This document shows, piece after piece, positions 1 through 9,028 of a stretch of 64,000 bases of DNA (position 1 is its first letter; each line of letters starts with the position of its first letter). A model generated the notes under the pieces. The model saw only the letters and a program-made list of their open reading frames with translations, did not search any database and was not told the origin of the DNA. The stretch comes from Candidatus Latescibacterota bacterium (lineage in GTDB: Bacteria > Latescibacterota > UBA2968 > UBA8231), in NCBI GenBank assembly GCA_965221775.1, contig CBDCSU010000005.1, positions 1,056,001 to 1,120,000 of the forward strand, given 5' to 3'. A program made the position numbers and the translations under genes.

Positions 1-45
1 GTGCGGCGACCATCTGGTCCGAAAGGACGAGCAGTATGTTGGGTC

Positions 46-1032
46 TCACGTTGCTCTCCCCTTGAACAGGTCGTCGTCGCGGTCGGTAGCCGGCGGCGGC
101 GCGATCGACAGCGCCGACACCTCCTCGCGCATCTCGTCCGACATGGCGAAGTCGAGGGCGGCGAGGGACGGCTTGAGCTGATCCAGATCGCGCCCGCCGA
201 CGATCGGCGCCGTCACGTCGGGATGCCCCATGGCCCACGCGACAGCCAGGGTCACCGGATGCACGCCCCGGTCGCCGGCATAGCGCACGAAGCGCTCGGC
301 GACTTCGTAGAACACGGGGTTGGCGTAGCGCTTCATGTAGTTGTCCAGTTCCAGGAGACGACCCCGCGCCGGCCGCTTGTCGACTCCGTACTTGCCGGTC
401 AGCAAGCCGCCCCCGAGGGGACTGTAGGTGATCACGCCCAGGCCCTCCGAGCGGGCCAGCGGCAGGACTTCCACCTCCACTTGCCGCTTGACCAGGCTGT
501 ACATGGGCTGAATGCAGGCGAAGGAGGCCAGCCCCTCGCGGGCGCAGTGGCCAAGGGCCTTGGCGATCTGCCAGGCGGCCCAGTTGCTCACCGCCGGGTA
601 GAGGATCTTGCCGCCGCGCACCAGGTCGTCGAGGGCGGCGAGGGCTTCCTCCATCGGCGTGTCTTCGTCGAAGTTGTGAACGAAGTACAGGTCGAGGCGG
701 TCCGTCTGCAGCCGCCGGAGACTGGCCTCTACGGCCTGCACGATATGCCGACGCGACAGGCCCCGGTCGTTGGGGCCGTCACCGATCGCATTGCAGACCT
801 TCGAAGTGATGACCAGCTCATCGCGCTCGCCCTGGATCAAGCGCCCCAGGATCTCCTCGGCGAGCCCCCTGGAATAGTTGTTGGCCGAGTCGAAGAAGTT
901 GATCCCCAGGTCGCGGCAGTAGCGGTACATCTGCCCGGAGGCCGCCTCGTCCGCATCGCCGCCAAAGGCCATGGTTCCACAGCACAGGCGGGACACCTTG
1001 ACCCCCGTGCGGCCCAGAATCCTGTACTGCAT
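46..1032 (-). CDS. Aldo/keto reductase
   Basis: N-terminal MQYRILGRTGVKVSRLCCGTM, plus FDSANNY, SLRRLQTDRLDLYFVH, IQPMYSL and YSPLGGGLLTGKY, all AKR motifs. Confidence 0.95.
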   Translation of the reverse strand: MQYRILGRTGVKVSRLCCGTMAFGGDADEAASGQMYRYCRDLGINFFDSANNYSRGLAEEILGRLIQGERDELVITSKVCNAIGDGPNDRGLSRRHIVQAVEASLRRLQTDRLDLYFVHNFDEDTPMEEALAALDDLVRGGKILYPAVSNWAAWQIAKALGHCAREGLASFACIQPMYSLVKRQVEVEVLPLARSEGLGVITYSPLGGGLLTGKYGVDKRPARGRLLELDNYMKRYANPVFYEVAERFVRYAGDRGVHPVTLAVAWAMGHPDVTAPIVGGRDLDQLKPSLAALDFAMSDEMREEVSALSIAPPPATDRDDDLFKGRAT

Positions 1033-1070
1033 CTATGGACTCTCCTTGCGATCCCCGCGCCTTGTCGTCG

Positions 1071-1691
1071 TTACACGTTCCCGGCTCGGGTGCTGATGCC
1101 GCATCGTTCCGCCACCGCTTCGGCCAGCGCGGCCACTCCGCGCCGCGGCACCATCAGCACCTTTGGGCCGCGCAGCACCGCAGTCGCCTTGTGCGGAATC
1201 TGGGTGGAGGCCCAGATCGCGGCGACGTCCGACCAGTCGAGCAGAGGCGCCACGGTCCGCCTGTTGGGGTTGGTCTCTGCGGTGACGAACCGGAGGTCGA
1301 TCCCATCGGCGCAGAGCCGTTCGAGCTCGCCGCGGGTGCCGGGAGATCCGCCTGCCACCAGGAGCTTCCTCCAGCCGACCTTCCGCATCGCCTTCAGCAT
1401 CCGCTCCACGGCGCGCCGGTTGTCGCTGCCGCCGCAGGTCTCGCAGTGCGCGGCCGCGACGATCACCGGATCGCGCCCTTCGCCGCGCACCGGCTCGCAC
1501 GCCGGTTTGTGGCAGTGCCGCACGAAGGCCGCGCCGAGCGCCCGCTTCACCGCCTCGATCTTGGTGGTGGCGATGCGGCTCTTGCCGGGCCGGGTCAGAC
1601 CTTCCCCGTAGAGCCGCTGCAGCGCCCGTTTGGCGCCCTCACCCTCGAAGCCAAGCGAGGACAGGAGCTCAGGTATGGCCAGGTCATCCAT
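1071..1691 (-). CDS. Hypothetical protein with Cys motifs and a DUF2325-like C-terminal domain
   Basis: 206-aa ORF with CHKPAC and CETCGG; the C-terminal LLVAGG...WSDVAAIWASTQIPHK resembles DUF2325. Confidence 0.6.
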   Translation of the reverse strand: MDDLAIPELLSSLGFEGEGAKRALQRLYGEGLTRPGKSRIATTKIEAVKRALGAAFVRHCHKPACEPVRGEGRDPVIVAAAHCETCGGSDNRRAVERMLKAMRKVGWRKLLVAGGSPGTRGELERLCADGIDLRFVTAETNPNRRTVAPLLDWSDVAAIWASTQIPHKATAVLRGPKVLMVPRRGVAALAEAVAERCGISTRAGNV

Positions 1692-1698
1692 GCAGGTT

Positions 1699-1746
1699 TC
1701 ACGCCCGGTCGATATCCACCGGCAGGACGCGAGGATCAGGACGCAT
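1699..1746 (-). pseudogene. 15-codon stub of a HepT/DUF86 HEPN toxin
   Basis: MRPDPRVLPVDIDRA* overlaps the stop of the MNT gene as HEPN partners usually do, and resembles their N-terminus. Confidence 0.55.
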
Positions 1747-2047
1747 AGACCAACTCACGGGAGCGTTCGATGGCTGCCCACAAATACGGGTTGTGGACGG
1801 AGCCGGACTCGACGAGATCGACGTGGCGCGCAAGGGTGCGGCGCAGGGCATCGACGAAGTCGAAATACTGGTCGAACGGGGCCAGTCCGCTGTGGGGATT
1901 GAATTCCACGAGAAAGTCGGCGTCGCTGGTCTCTGGATCGAAGTCCACGCCGCGCGCCGCCGAGCCGAAGACCTCAAGGCGAGCCACGCCGTAGCGCCGG
2001 CAGAGTTCCGCCAGTTCATCCTTCTTGTCAGCGATGGCGGCGTGCAT
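1736..2047 (-). CDS. MNT-family minimal nucleotidyltransferase (antitoxin)
   Basis: 103 aa: LCRRYGVARLEVFGSAARG...SDADFLVEF...VDLV (GS and DxD motifs). Confidence 0.9.
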   Translation of the reverse strand: MHAAIADKKDELAELCRRYGVARLEVFGSAARGVDFDPETSDADFLVEFNPHSGLAPFDQYFDFVDALRRTLARHVDLVESGSVHNPYLWAAIERSRELVYAS

Positions 2048-2061
2048 GATCACCTTCCCCT

Positions 2062-3252
2062 TCACACCACCGCCACCGAATCCCGCTCCACCTGATCCCA
2101 GTCGAGCTCTTCGGGGACGCGGTCGTTCCAGGCGATGGACATGTACCCGTCCTCGATGCAGGCAGTACCCCGGCAGTCGATCTGGTCCTCCGGCGGCCGG
2201 GGACCCTGGCCCCCGGTCTCGAAGAGCGGATCGTTGGCCACCGCCAGAATCGCATGAGGATCGCCGCCGTGGACCTCGACGCCGAAGGCCTCGGCCAGCT
2301 GCGCCTGCTTGATCTGGCCGGTGATGCCGACGCCGCGCTGGCGGGCGATGTCCACCGCCTCCAGGGCCAGGTAGGGGGCGGTCTGGAAGGGCTGGCCGCC
2401 GAGGTGGCCGATCCACTCCAGGGCGAGCACCGGCAGGTCGAGGGTGGCGCACAGCTTCTTCAGTCCGAGCAGGTCGTAGTCCTGCAGAGGCTCCTCGATC
2501 CAGGTGTAGTTGCACTCCTCCAGCACCCGGCCGATCTGCACCGCCTCGTCGTACGTGTAGGACTCCACCGGGTCGTGGAGCAGGATGAAGTCGTCGCCGA
2601 GGGCGGCGCGCAGCTCGCGGGCCAGCTCGGCGTTGCCCTTTACACCGCGGTAGGAGTGGTCCTTGGCGCCCTTGAAGCCGTCCTCCTTCACCTTCACCGC
2701 ATTGGCCACCATCTCGTCGATGGTGTTCCCGCCGTAGTTTCGGTACGCCGGCACCTTCTCGCGGCAGGCGCCGAGGAGGCGGTACACCGGCTGCCGCGCG
2801 TGGCGGCTGGCCAGGTCCCATAACATTCGGTCCACCATGTCGACGACGCCGCGGCCGGTGTAGTAGAAGCGCTGCGTGTACCACAGGCGCTGCCAGATGT
2901 ACTCGCGGTCGAAGGCGTCGACCCCCAGCAGCAGCGGTCCGATCTCGACCTTGAAGCGCCGCGCCTGGTGGGTCAGGTCGTCGGGGTGGAAGCCGTTGCC
3001 GAAGGAGGTGTACGCGTCCAGCGGCCCGTCGGTGACAAGGCGCAGGGTGGCGGTCCAGGTGGGATGGACGGTGTCGTCCGTACATGCCTCGAGCCAGCCG
3101 GCGGGCAGCTCCGGCGGCGCCCCGAAGCCGGCGGCGTGGGTGAACAGCCCCGACAGGCCGGGAGGCGCCTTCTCCATGCCGCCGCGGTTTCCCACCGACC
3201 GCGCCTGCGGCTCCCCCGGCCGGATGTAGATGCGCACGTCCCGGATCCGCAT
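2062..3252 (-). CDS. Mandelate racemase/muconate lactonizing enzyme family protein
   Basis: MLWDLASRHARQPVYRLLG, LLHD and WIEEPL. Confidence 0.9.
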   Translation of the reverse strand: MRIRDVRIYIRPGEPQARSVGNRGGMEKAPPGLSGLFTHAAGFGAPPELPAGWLEACTDDTVHPTWTATLRLVTDGPLDAYTSFGNGFHPDDLTHQARRFKVEIGPLLLGVDAFDREYIWQRLWYTQRFYYTGRGVVDMVDRMLWDLASRHARQPVYRLLGACREKVPAYRNYGGNTIDEMVANAVKVKEDGFKGAKDHSYRGVKGNAELARELRAALGDDFILLHDPVESYTYDEAVQIGRVLEECNYTWIEEPLQDYDLLGLKKLCATLDLPVLALEWIGHLGGQPFQTAPYLALEAVDIARQRGVGITGQIKQAQLAEAFGVEVHGGDPHAILAVANDPLFETGGQGPRPPEDQIDCRGTACIEDGYMSIAWNDRVPEELDWDQVERDSVAVV

Positions 3253-3256
3253 CGCT

Positions 3257-4291
3257 TCAGGCCCCCATGACGGTGGCGGTCTCGCGCTCCACGGCGGCCC
3301 AGTCCAGCTCCAGCCCGAGGCCGGGGGATTGCGGCACCGGGAGGTGTCCGTCGGTCAGTTGGAGGGGGTTGCGGATGAGGGGCTCGCCGCCCTGGGAGCC
3401 GGTGGCCGTGGCCTCGAACCAGGTGCAGTTGCGCAGGGCGCCGATGACGTGGGCGTGGACGAAGCCGAAGCCCACCCCCTTGGAGGTGATCTCGCAGTTG
3501 ACGCCGAAGCTCTCCGCCAGGCGGGCGATCTTGAGCATGTCGGTGATGCCGCCGCGCCAGGGCACGCTGGCGCGCACGATGTCGACGGCCTGCCGCGCCA
3601 GCATCTGCGAGGTGGAGAAGGCCGAGCCGGGCAGGTACTCGGCGGCGGCGATCGGCACGTCGAGGGCGTCGGCGAGCCGCTTCAGGCCCATCAGGTCGTA
3701 GTCGCGCAGGGGCTCCTCGAACCAGAAATACCGCTCCTCCTCCAGAACCCGCCCGACGCGCAGGGCCTGGGGATATGTGTAGGTCTGCACGGCGTCGTGC
3801 ATGAGGTGGAAGTCCGGCCCCACGGCGCGGCGGGCCTGGCGGGCGACCTCGATCATCGTCTCGGGGCCGTGGTAGCAGTGGTCCTTGTACCCGAAGAACC
3901 CCTCGTCGCGGGCGGTGACGGCGGCGTCGACGAAGTCGCCCACCGCCGGCAGGTTGGGCCCCATCTTGTAGGCCGGGAGGCGGTCGCGGAAACCGCCGAT
4001 GAGGCGGAAGACCGGCACGCCGCAGGCCTTGGCGGCCAGGTCCCACAGGGCCACGTCGAGAAAGCCGCGCACGGAGTGGGGCAGGTAGGCGAAGCGGTCG
4101 AGGCGGACCAACTCGTTCCACAGGCGCTCGCGCTCCATTGGGTCGGCGCCGACGACGGTGTCGCGGCAGGACTGGAGGATGTGGCGGGAACTGCTCTCGT
4201 CGACGCCGGGGCACCAGCCCTCCAGCTCGGTGTCGGTGCGCAGCCGCAGCAGGCCGCAGGGCTGGTGGATGTGGATTGCGGTGATGCGCAC
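3257..4291 (-). CDS. Mandelate racemase/muconate lactonizing enzyme family protein
   Basis: DVALWDLAAKACGVPVFRLIGG, LMHDA, WFEEPL, PGLGLELD; GTG start inferred. Confidence 0.9.
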   Translation of the reverse strand: MRITAIHIHQPCGLLRLRTDTELEGWCPGVDESSSRHILQSCRDTVVGADPMERERLWNELVRLDRFAYLPHSVRGFLDVALWDLAAKACGVPVFRLIGGFRDRLPAYKMGPNLPAVGDFVDAAVTARDEGFFGYKDHCYHGPETMIEVARQARRAVGPDFHLMHDAVQTYTYPQALRVGRVLEEERYFWFEEPLRDYDLMGLKRLADALDVPIAAAEYLPGSAFSTSQMLARQAVDIVRASVPWRGGITDMLKIARLAESFGVNCEITSKGVGFGFVHAHVIGALRNCTWFEATATGSQGGEPLIRNPLQLTDGHLPVPQSPGLGLELDWAAVERETATVMGA

Positions 4292-4305
4292 GAGGCCGGG
4301 TCCGC

Positions 4306-4947
4306 TCAGCTCTCCAGGGTTTCCAGCAGGGCCTGGGCGATGACGGTGTGGCCCGCGTGGTTCGGGTGCACGGGCTCGGGGCAGAAGCTCTCGGCATCGC
4401 GGTAGCGCAGCTGCTCCTGGAAGACGTCGTGGAGGCGCACCAGCAGCGTGCCGTACTTCTCGCTCATGCGCTCCACCACCTCGATGTACCGGGGAAGTAG
4501 GTCGAGCACCTGGGCCTGGAAGGCGTCGCCGCCTTCGTTCAGGGAGATGTAGAACGGCGAGATGAGGACCACCGGGCAGTCCAGCTCGCGCCGGGTGAGG
4601 TCGAGGATCTCGTCGTAGAGGGCCTCGAAGCGCTCCGGCGGCACGGCGTCGGGGGCACCGCCCAGGGCCGAGTGCAGGTCGTTGATGCCGATCTTCACCG
4701 ACAGCCGGTCGGGGCGGTGGGAGAGGACATCGTCGTGCCAGCGCCCGTGCAGGTCGGAGACCTTGTTGCCGCCGATGCCCTTGTTGATCCACTCGATGCG
4801 GCGCTCCGGCCAGCGCGCCGTCACCAGCTGGGTGAAGGTGCGCACGTAGCCGTTGCCCAACGGCGTCTCGGCGTCGCGGCGCCCGCAGTCGGTGATGCTG
4901 TCGCCGATGAAGAGGACGGTGGTGCCGTCCTGCAGCCAGTCGCTCAT
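4306..4947 (-). CDS. SGNH/GDSL hydrolase
   Basis: FIGDSIT, NKGIGG, IGIND, VHPNHAGH. Confidence 0.92.
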   Translation of the reverse strand: MSDWLQDGTTVLFIGDSITDCGRRDAETPLGNGYVRTFTQLVTARWPERRIEWINKGIGGNKVSDLHGRWHDDVLSHRPDRLSVKIGINDLHSALGGAPDAVPPERFEALYDEILDLTRRELDCPVVLISPFYISLNEGGDAFQAQVLDLLPRYIEVVERMSEKYGTLLVRLHDVFQEQLRYRDAESFCPEPVHPNHAGHTVIAQALLETLES

Positions 4948-6293
4948 GCCTGGACTCCTCCGTAGGTGCAGACGATCTCGTGGATGACACGGGTGGCGAA
5001 GAGCAGCTCGTCGATCGAGGTGCGCTCGTCGTGGCCGTGGAGCAGGCCCAGCTCGCCGGAGCCGGCCTGCCGGCGGTAGGGCATGAACCCGTAGACCTGG
5101 GTCCCCGGCCGGCGCGGCACGATGTGCTTGGCGTCGGTGCCGCCCGTGGACAGGACGGGAACGAGGGGGGCCTCGGGCTCGTGGCGGGCCATGACCGACG
5201 CGATGACGTCCCAGAACTCCCCCGCCGCCTCCGCCTCGAGGGGCGGGCTGTACTGGTCGACCTCCAGCTCCAGGCCGTTGCCGACGACGGCCCGCAGCTC
5301 GGCGAGGAAGCTCTCCCGCGTCTGGCCCGGCGCCAGGCGGCCGTCGATCCAGGCGGTCGCCTCGGCGGGGATGATGTTGATCCCCGAGCCGGCGGCGAGC
5401 ATGGTCACCGAGGCGGTGTTGCGCAGCAGGGCGCTCCAGCCGGCGCGCTCGGCGTCGTCGAGGGGCAGCCGCCTCAGGGCCGCGTCGCTGCGCTCCCCGT
5501 CGAACAGGTCCAGCAGGTCGGCGCGCAGTTCCGGCCGGCCCTCGGAGACCGCCTCGAAGAAGGTGCGCAGGGTGGCGGAAGGGTGGACGGGCAGGGCGTG
5601 GTCCTTCAGCGGCGCCAGGGCCGCCGCCAGGGTGAGGACAGCGTTGTCGGCATGGGGCACCGAGCCGTGTCCGGGCCGGCCCCGGGCCGTGGCCCGCAGG
5701 CGGCAGATCCCCTTCTGGCCCACCTGGCAGGTGGTGAACCGGCGCCCGCCGAGGCGCACCTCGTGGCCGCCGCCCTCGGTGAGAATCACCGGCGCCTCGA
5801 TCCCCGCCGGGTGGTGGTCCAGGAGCCACCCCGGGCCGTGGCCGCCCTTGCCGGCCTCCTCGTCGGCGGTGGCGGCGAACATCACGTCGCGGTCGAGGCG
5901 CAGGCCCTGCCGCTTGAGCAGCAGCAGCACCATCAGCTCGGCGGCGACCATGTTCTTCATGTCGAGGGCGCCCCGGCCCCAGACGAAGCCGTCGTCGATC
6001 TGGCCGCCGAAGGGCGGGTGCGTCCAGGCGCCGGCGTCGGCGGCGACCACGTCGGTGTGGCCGAGCAGCAACAGCGGCGGCTCGCCGCCCCCCTCCCAGC
6101 GGGTGGTCACGTTGCCGCGCCCGGGCGCCGACTCGGTGATCTCCGCCTCGAAGCCCTCCCCCTCCAGCACCGAGGCGAGGTAGCGGGCGGCCTCGGTCTC
6201 GTTGCCCGGCGGGTTGGTGGTGTCGATGCGGATCAGGGCCTGCAGGTGGGCGGTCACCTCGGCGCGTACGGCGTTCCAGTCGATGCCTTGCAT
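4944..6293 (-). CDS. M20/M25/M40 metallopeptidase
   Basis: GHTDVV, GRGALDMK, DEE, GGTDAK, HGHDER. Confidence 0.93.
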   Translation of the reverse strand: MQGIDWNAVRAEVTAHLQALIRIDTTNPPGNETEAARYLASVLEGEGFEAEITESAPGRGNVTTRWEGGGEPPLLLLGHTDVVAADAGAWTHPPFGGQIDDGFVWGRGALDMKNMVAAELMVLLLLKRQGLRLDRDVMFAATADEEAGKGGHGPGWLLDHHPAGIEAPVILTEGGGHEVRLGGRRFTTCQVGQKGICRLRATARGRPGHGSVPHADNAVLTLAAALAPLKDHALPVHPSATLRTFFEAVSEGRPELRADLLDLFDGERSDAALRRLPLDDAERAGWSALLRNTASVTMLAAGSGINIIPAEATAWIDGRLAPGQTRESFLAELRAVVGNGLELEVDQYSPPLEAEAAGEFWDVIASVMARHEPEAPLVPVLSTGGTDAKHIVPRRPGTQVYGFMPYRRQAGSGELGLLHGHDERTSIDELLFATRVIHEIVCTYGGVQA

Positions 6294-6335
6294 GATGGCG
6301 GGTAAACAAGAGGTTTCGGCGTTACCTTCAAAGCC

Positions 6336-7193
6336 ATGGCCCGCCCCGCCCTCCTGCTGCTCGCCCTCGTCTGGCCGTCGGCCTGTTCCGCCTCCGACCC
6401 CGCCGACGGCGACGGTTCGCGCCGGGCGCCCCCGTCCTTCGCCGATGCCGTCCCCACCCACGGGTACCGCATCGTCAACGTCTTCCCCCACGACCCGCGG
6501 GCCTTCACCCAGGGCCTGGTCTACCACGGCGGTTTCCTCTACGAGAGCACGGGCGGCGGCGTGCAGCTGACCTCGCGCCCGTCCGTCCCCTCCAGCCTGC
6601 GCCAAGTGGAGATCGAGACCGGACGGGTGCTGCGGGAGCTCACCCTCGAGCCGCGGTTCTTCGGCGAGGGCCTGGCCCTGCTCGAGGGGCAGTTGTTCCA
6701 GCTGACCTGGAGGTCGCGCGTCGGGTTCGTGTACGCTCTCGACGATTTCGCCCGACAGCGGGAGTTCGGCTACGCCACCGAGGGCTGGGGCCTCACCCAC
6801 GACGGCTCCGCCCTGATCATGAGCGACGGCTCGGCGCGACTGTCCTGGCGGGACCCGGCCACCTTCGCCGAGACCGGCGGCGTCGAGGTCCGCCACGAGG
6901 GCGAGCCCGTGCGCCGGCTCAACGAGCTGGAGTGGGTCGACGGCGAGGTCTGGGCCAACGTGCTGGAGTCCAACCGCGTCGCCCGCATCGACCCGGAGAG
7001 CGGCGCCGTGGTCAGTTGGGTCGACCTGACGGGACTGCTGACCTCGCGGGAACGGCGCCAGGCGGACGTGCTCAACGGCATCGCCTTCGACGCCGCCGGG
7101 GGGCGCCTCTTCGTCACCGGCAAGCTGTGGCCCTGGATGTTCGAGATCGACGTCGAGGCCGCCGCGCCAAGGAGCGCGCCCGCCGGCCCCTGA
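6336..7193 (+). CDS. Glutaminyl-peptide cyclotransferase (probable lipoprotein)
   Basis: PHDPRAFTQGL, FGEGL, EGWGLT, LNELE, VLNGIA, VTGKLW; signal peptide ending SAC. Confidence 0.92.
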   Translation: MARPALLLLALVWPSACSASDPADGDGSRRAPPSFADAVPTHGYRIVNVFPHDPRAFTQGLVYHGGFLYESTGGGVQLTSRPSVPSSLRQVEIETGRVLRELTLEPRFFGEGLALLEGQLFQLTWRSRVGFVYALDDFARQREFGYATEGWGLTHDGSALIMSDGSARLSWRDPATFAETGGVEVRHEGEPVRRLNELEWVDGEVWANVLESNRVARIDPESGAVVSWVDLTGLLTSRERRQADVLNGIAFDAAGGRLFVTGKLWPWMFEIDVEAAAPRSAPAGP

Positions 7194-7284
7194 CCGCCGC
7201 GGCCCCGGTCAGGCCCGACGCGGCGGCTTGCCGCCCGGGGGTCCGGCGTCGATCGTTACCACCAACCCCTCCCGGAGACGCCCG

Positions 7285-9003
7285 ATGGACAGCATCCTCA
7301 TCGCCGTGGCCGCCTTCGTCGGCTACCTGGCGGCCTACCACACCTACGGCCGCTACCTGAGCCGCAAGGTCTTCGGCCTCAGCTCCGACAACGTCACGCC
7401 CTCCCGCGAGCAGAGCGACGGCGTCGATTTCGTGCCCACCCGCAAGCAGGTCATCTTCGGCCACCACTTCACCTCCATCGCCGGCACGGGCCCCATCGTC
7501 GGCCCCGCCATCGGCATCATCTGGGGCTGGGTGCCGGCCCTGCTCTGGGTCTTCCTCGGCTCGATCTTCATGGGCGCCGTCCACGACCTCGGCGCCCTGG
7601 TGATCTCCCTGCGCCACAAGGGCCACACCATGGCCGACATCACCGGCATGGTGATGAACCGGCACCTGAAGATCATGTTCTTCGTCATCGTCTTCCTCGC
7701 CCTGCTCATCGTCATCGCCATCTTCGGCCTGGTCATCGCCGTCCTCTTCGACCTGTATCCGCAGGCCGTCTTCCCCGTGTGGATGGAGATCCCCATCGCC
7801 ATCGCCCTGGGGCGGGCGATCCTCCGGGGCCGCATCAACCTCACCGCGGCCACGGCGCTGGCCGTCGTCTCCATGTACGTCACCGTCGTCATCGGCCACT
7901 ACATGCCGGTGAAGATGCCGGAGATCGCCGGGATCCCGGCCACCGGCGTGTGGACCCTGCTGCTGCTCGCCTACGCCTACATCGCCTCCACCCTGCCGGT
8001 GACCACCCTGCTGCAGCCGCGCGACTACATCAACGCCTGGCAGCTCTTCATCGCCCTGGGGCTGCTCGTGCTCGGGGTCTTCGCCGCCGCGCCGGAGATG
8101 GTCGCCCCCGCCTTCCACCTCTCCCCCGAGGGGGCGCCGCCGTGGATGCCCTTCCTCTTCATCACCATCGCCTGCGGCGCCATCTCCGGCTTCCACTGCC
8201 TGGTGTCGAGCGGCACCTCCTCCAAGCAGGTGGCCTCCGAGCCGGACGCGCGCTTCGTCGGCTACGGCTCCATGCTCACCGAGGGGTTCCTGGCGACGAT
8301 CGTCCTCATCGCCTGCGGCGCCGGCCTCGCCCTCGCCTACACCGCCGCCGACGGCACGGCCCTCACCGGCCCGGCGGCCTTCGCCGCCCACTACGGCACC
8401 TGGGAGGCCTCCAGCGGCCTCGGTTCCAAGGTGGCCGCCTTCGTCGTGGGGGCCGCCAACATGATCTCCGCCCTGGGCCTGCCCCGGGAGCTGGCCATCG
8501 TCGTCATGGGGGTCTTCGTCGCCTCCTTCGCCGGCACCACCCTCGACACGGCAACGCGCCTGCAGCGCTACGTCATCAGCGAGCTGGCCGCGGACCTGCG
8601 CATCGAGCCCCTGACGCGGCGCCACCCGGCGACCCTGCTGGCCGTGGTCAGCGCCGCGGCCCTGGCGTTCTACAACGGCGCCGGCGGCAAGGGGGCGCTG
8701 CTGCTGTGGCCGCTCTTCGGCAGCATGAACCAGCTGCTGGCCGGCCTCGCCCTGATCGTCGTCACCTGTTGGCTCAAGCAGCAGGCCCGCAACTACCTGG
8801 TCACCCTGCTGCCGTCGCTGGCGATCTTCGTGTGCACGGCGTGGGCCCTGACCCACACCCTGGGCAGCCTCTACGGCAGCGGCAACGTGCCGAGTCTGGT
8901 CATCGGCGGCGTCGCCCTGGCCCTGCAGATCTGGCTCACCGTCGAAGCCCTGGGTCTGCTGCTGCGGCGCGAGCCGGCCGCGGCGGCGGCGGCCGGCGGC
9001 TGA
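7285..9003 (+). CDS. cstA: Carbon starvation protein A family transporter
   Basis: FGHHFTSIAGTGPIVGP, FITIACGAISGFH, LWPLFGSMNQL; many transmembrane segments. Confidence 0.93.
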   Translation: MDSILIAVAAFVGYLAAYHTYGRYLSRKVFGLSSDNVTPSREQSDGVDFVPTRKQVIFGHHFTSIAGTGPIVGPAIGIIWGWVPALLWVFLGSIFMGAVHDLGALVISLRHKGHTMADITGMVMNRHLKIMFFVIVFLALLIVIAIFGLVIAVLFDLYPQAVFPVWMEIPIAIALGRAILRGRINLTAATALAVVSMYVTVVIGHYMPVKMPEIAGIPATGVWTLLLLAYAYIASTLPVTTLLQPRDYINAWQLFIALGLLVLGVFAAAPEMVAPAFHLSPEGAPPWMPFLFITIACGAISGFHCLVSSGTSSKQVASEPDARFVGYGSMLTEGFLATIVLIACGAGLALAYTAADGTALTGPAAFAAHYGTWEASSGLGSKVAAFVVGAANMISALGLPRELAIVVMGVFVASFAGTTLDTATRLQRYVISELAADLRIEPLTRRHPATLLAVVSAAALAFYNGAGGKGALLLWPLFGSMNQLLAGLALIVVTCWLKQQARNYLVTLLPSLAIFVCTAWALTHTLGSLYGSGNVPSLVIGGVALALQIWLTVEALGLLLRREPAAAAAAGG

Positions 9004-9028
9004 ACCCGGGCGCCCCCTTCCCGCCCCC

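Noticed and set aside
1060-1110. Possible displaced copy of the enolase 3' end (2062-2100)
   Set aside because: Only short scattered matches that need gaps; not distinguishable from chance.
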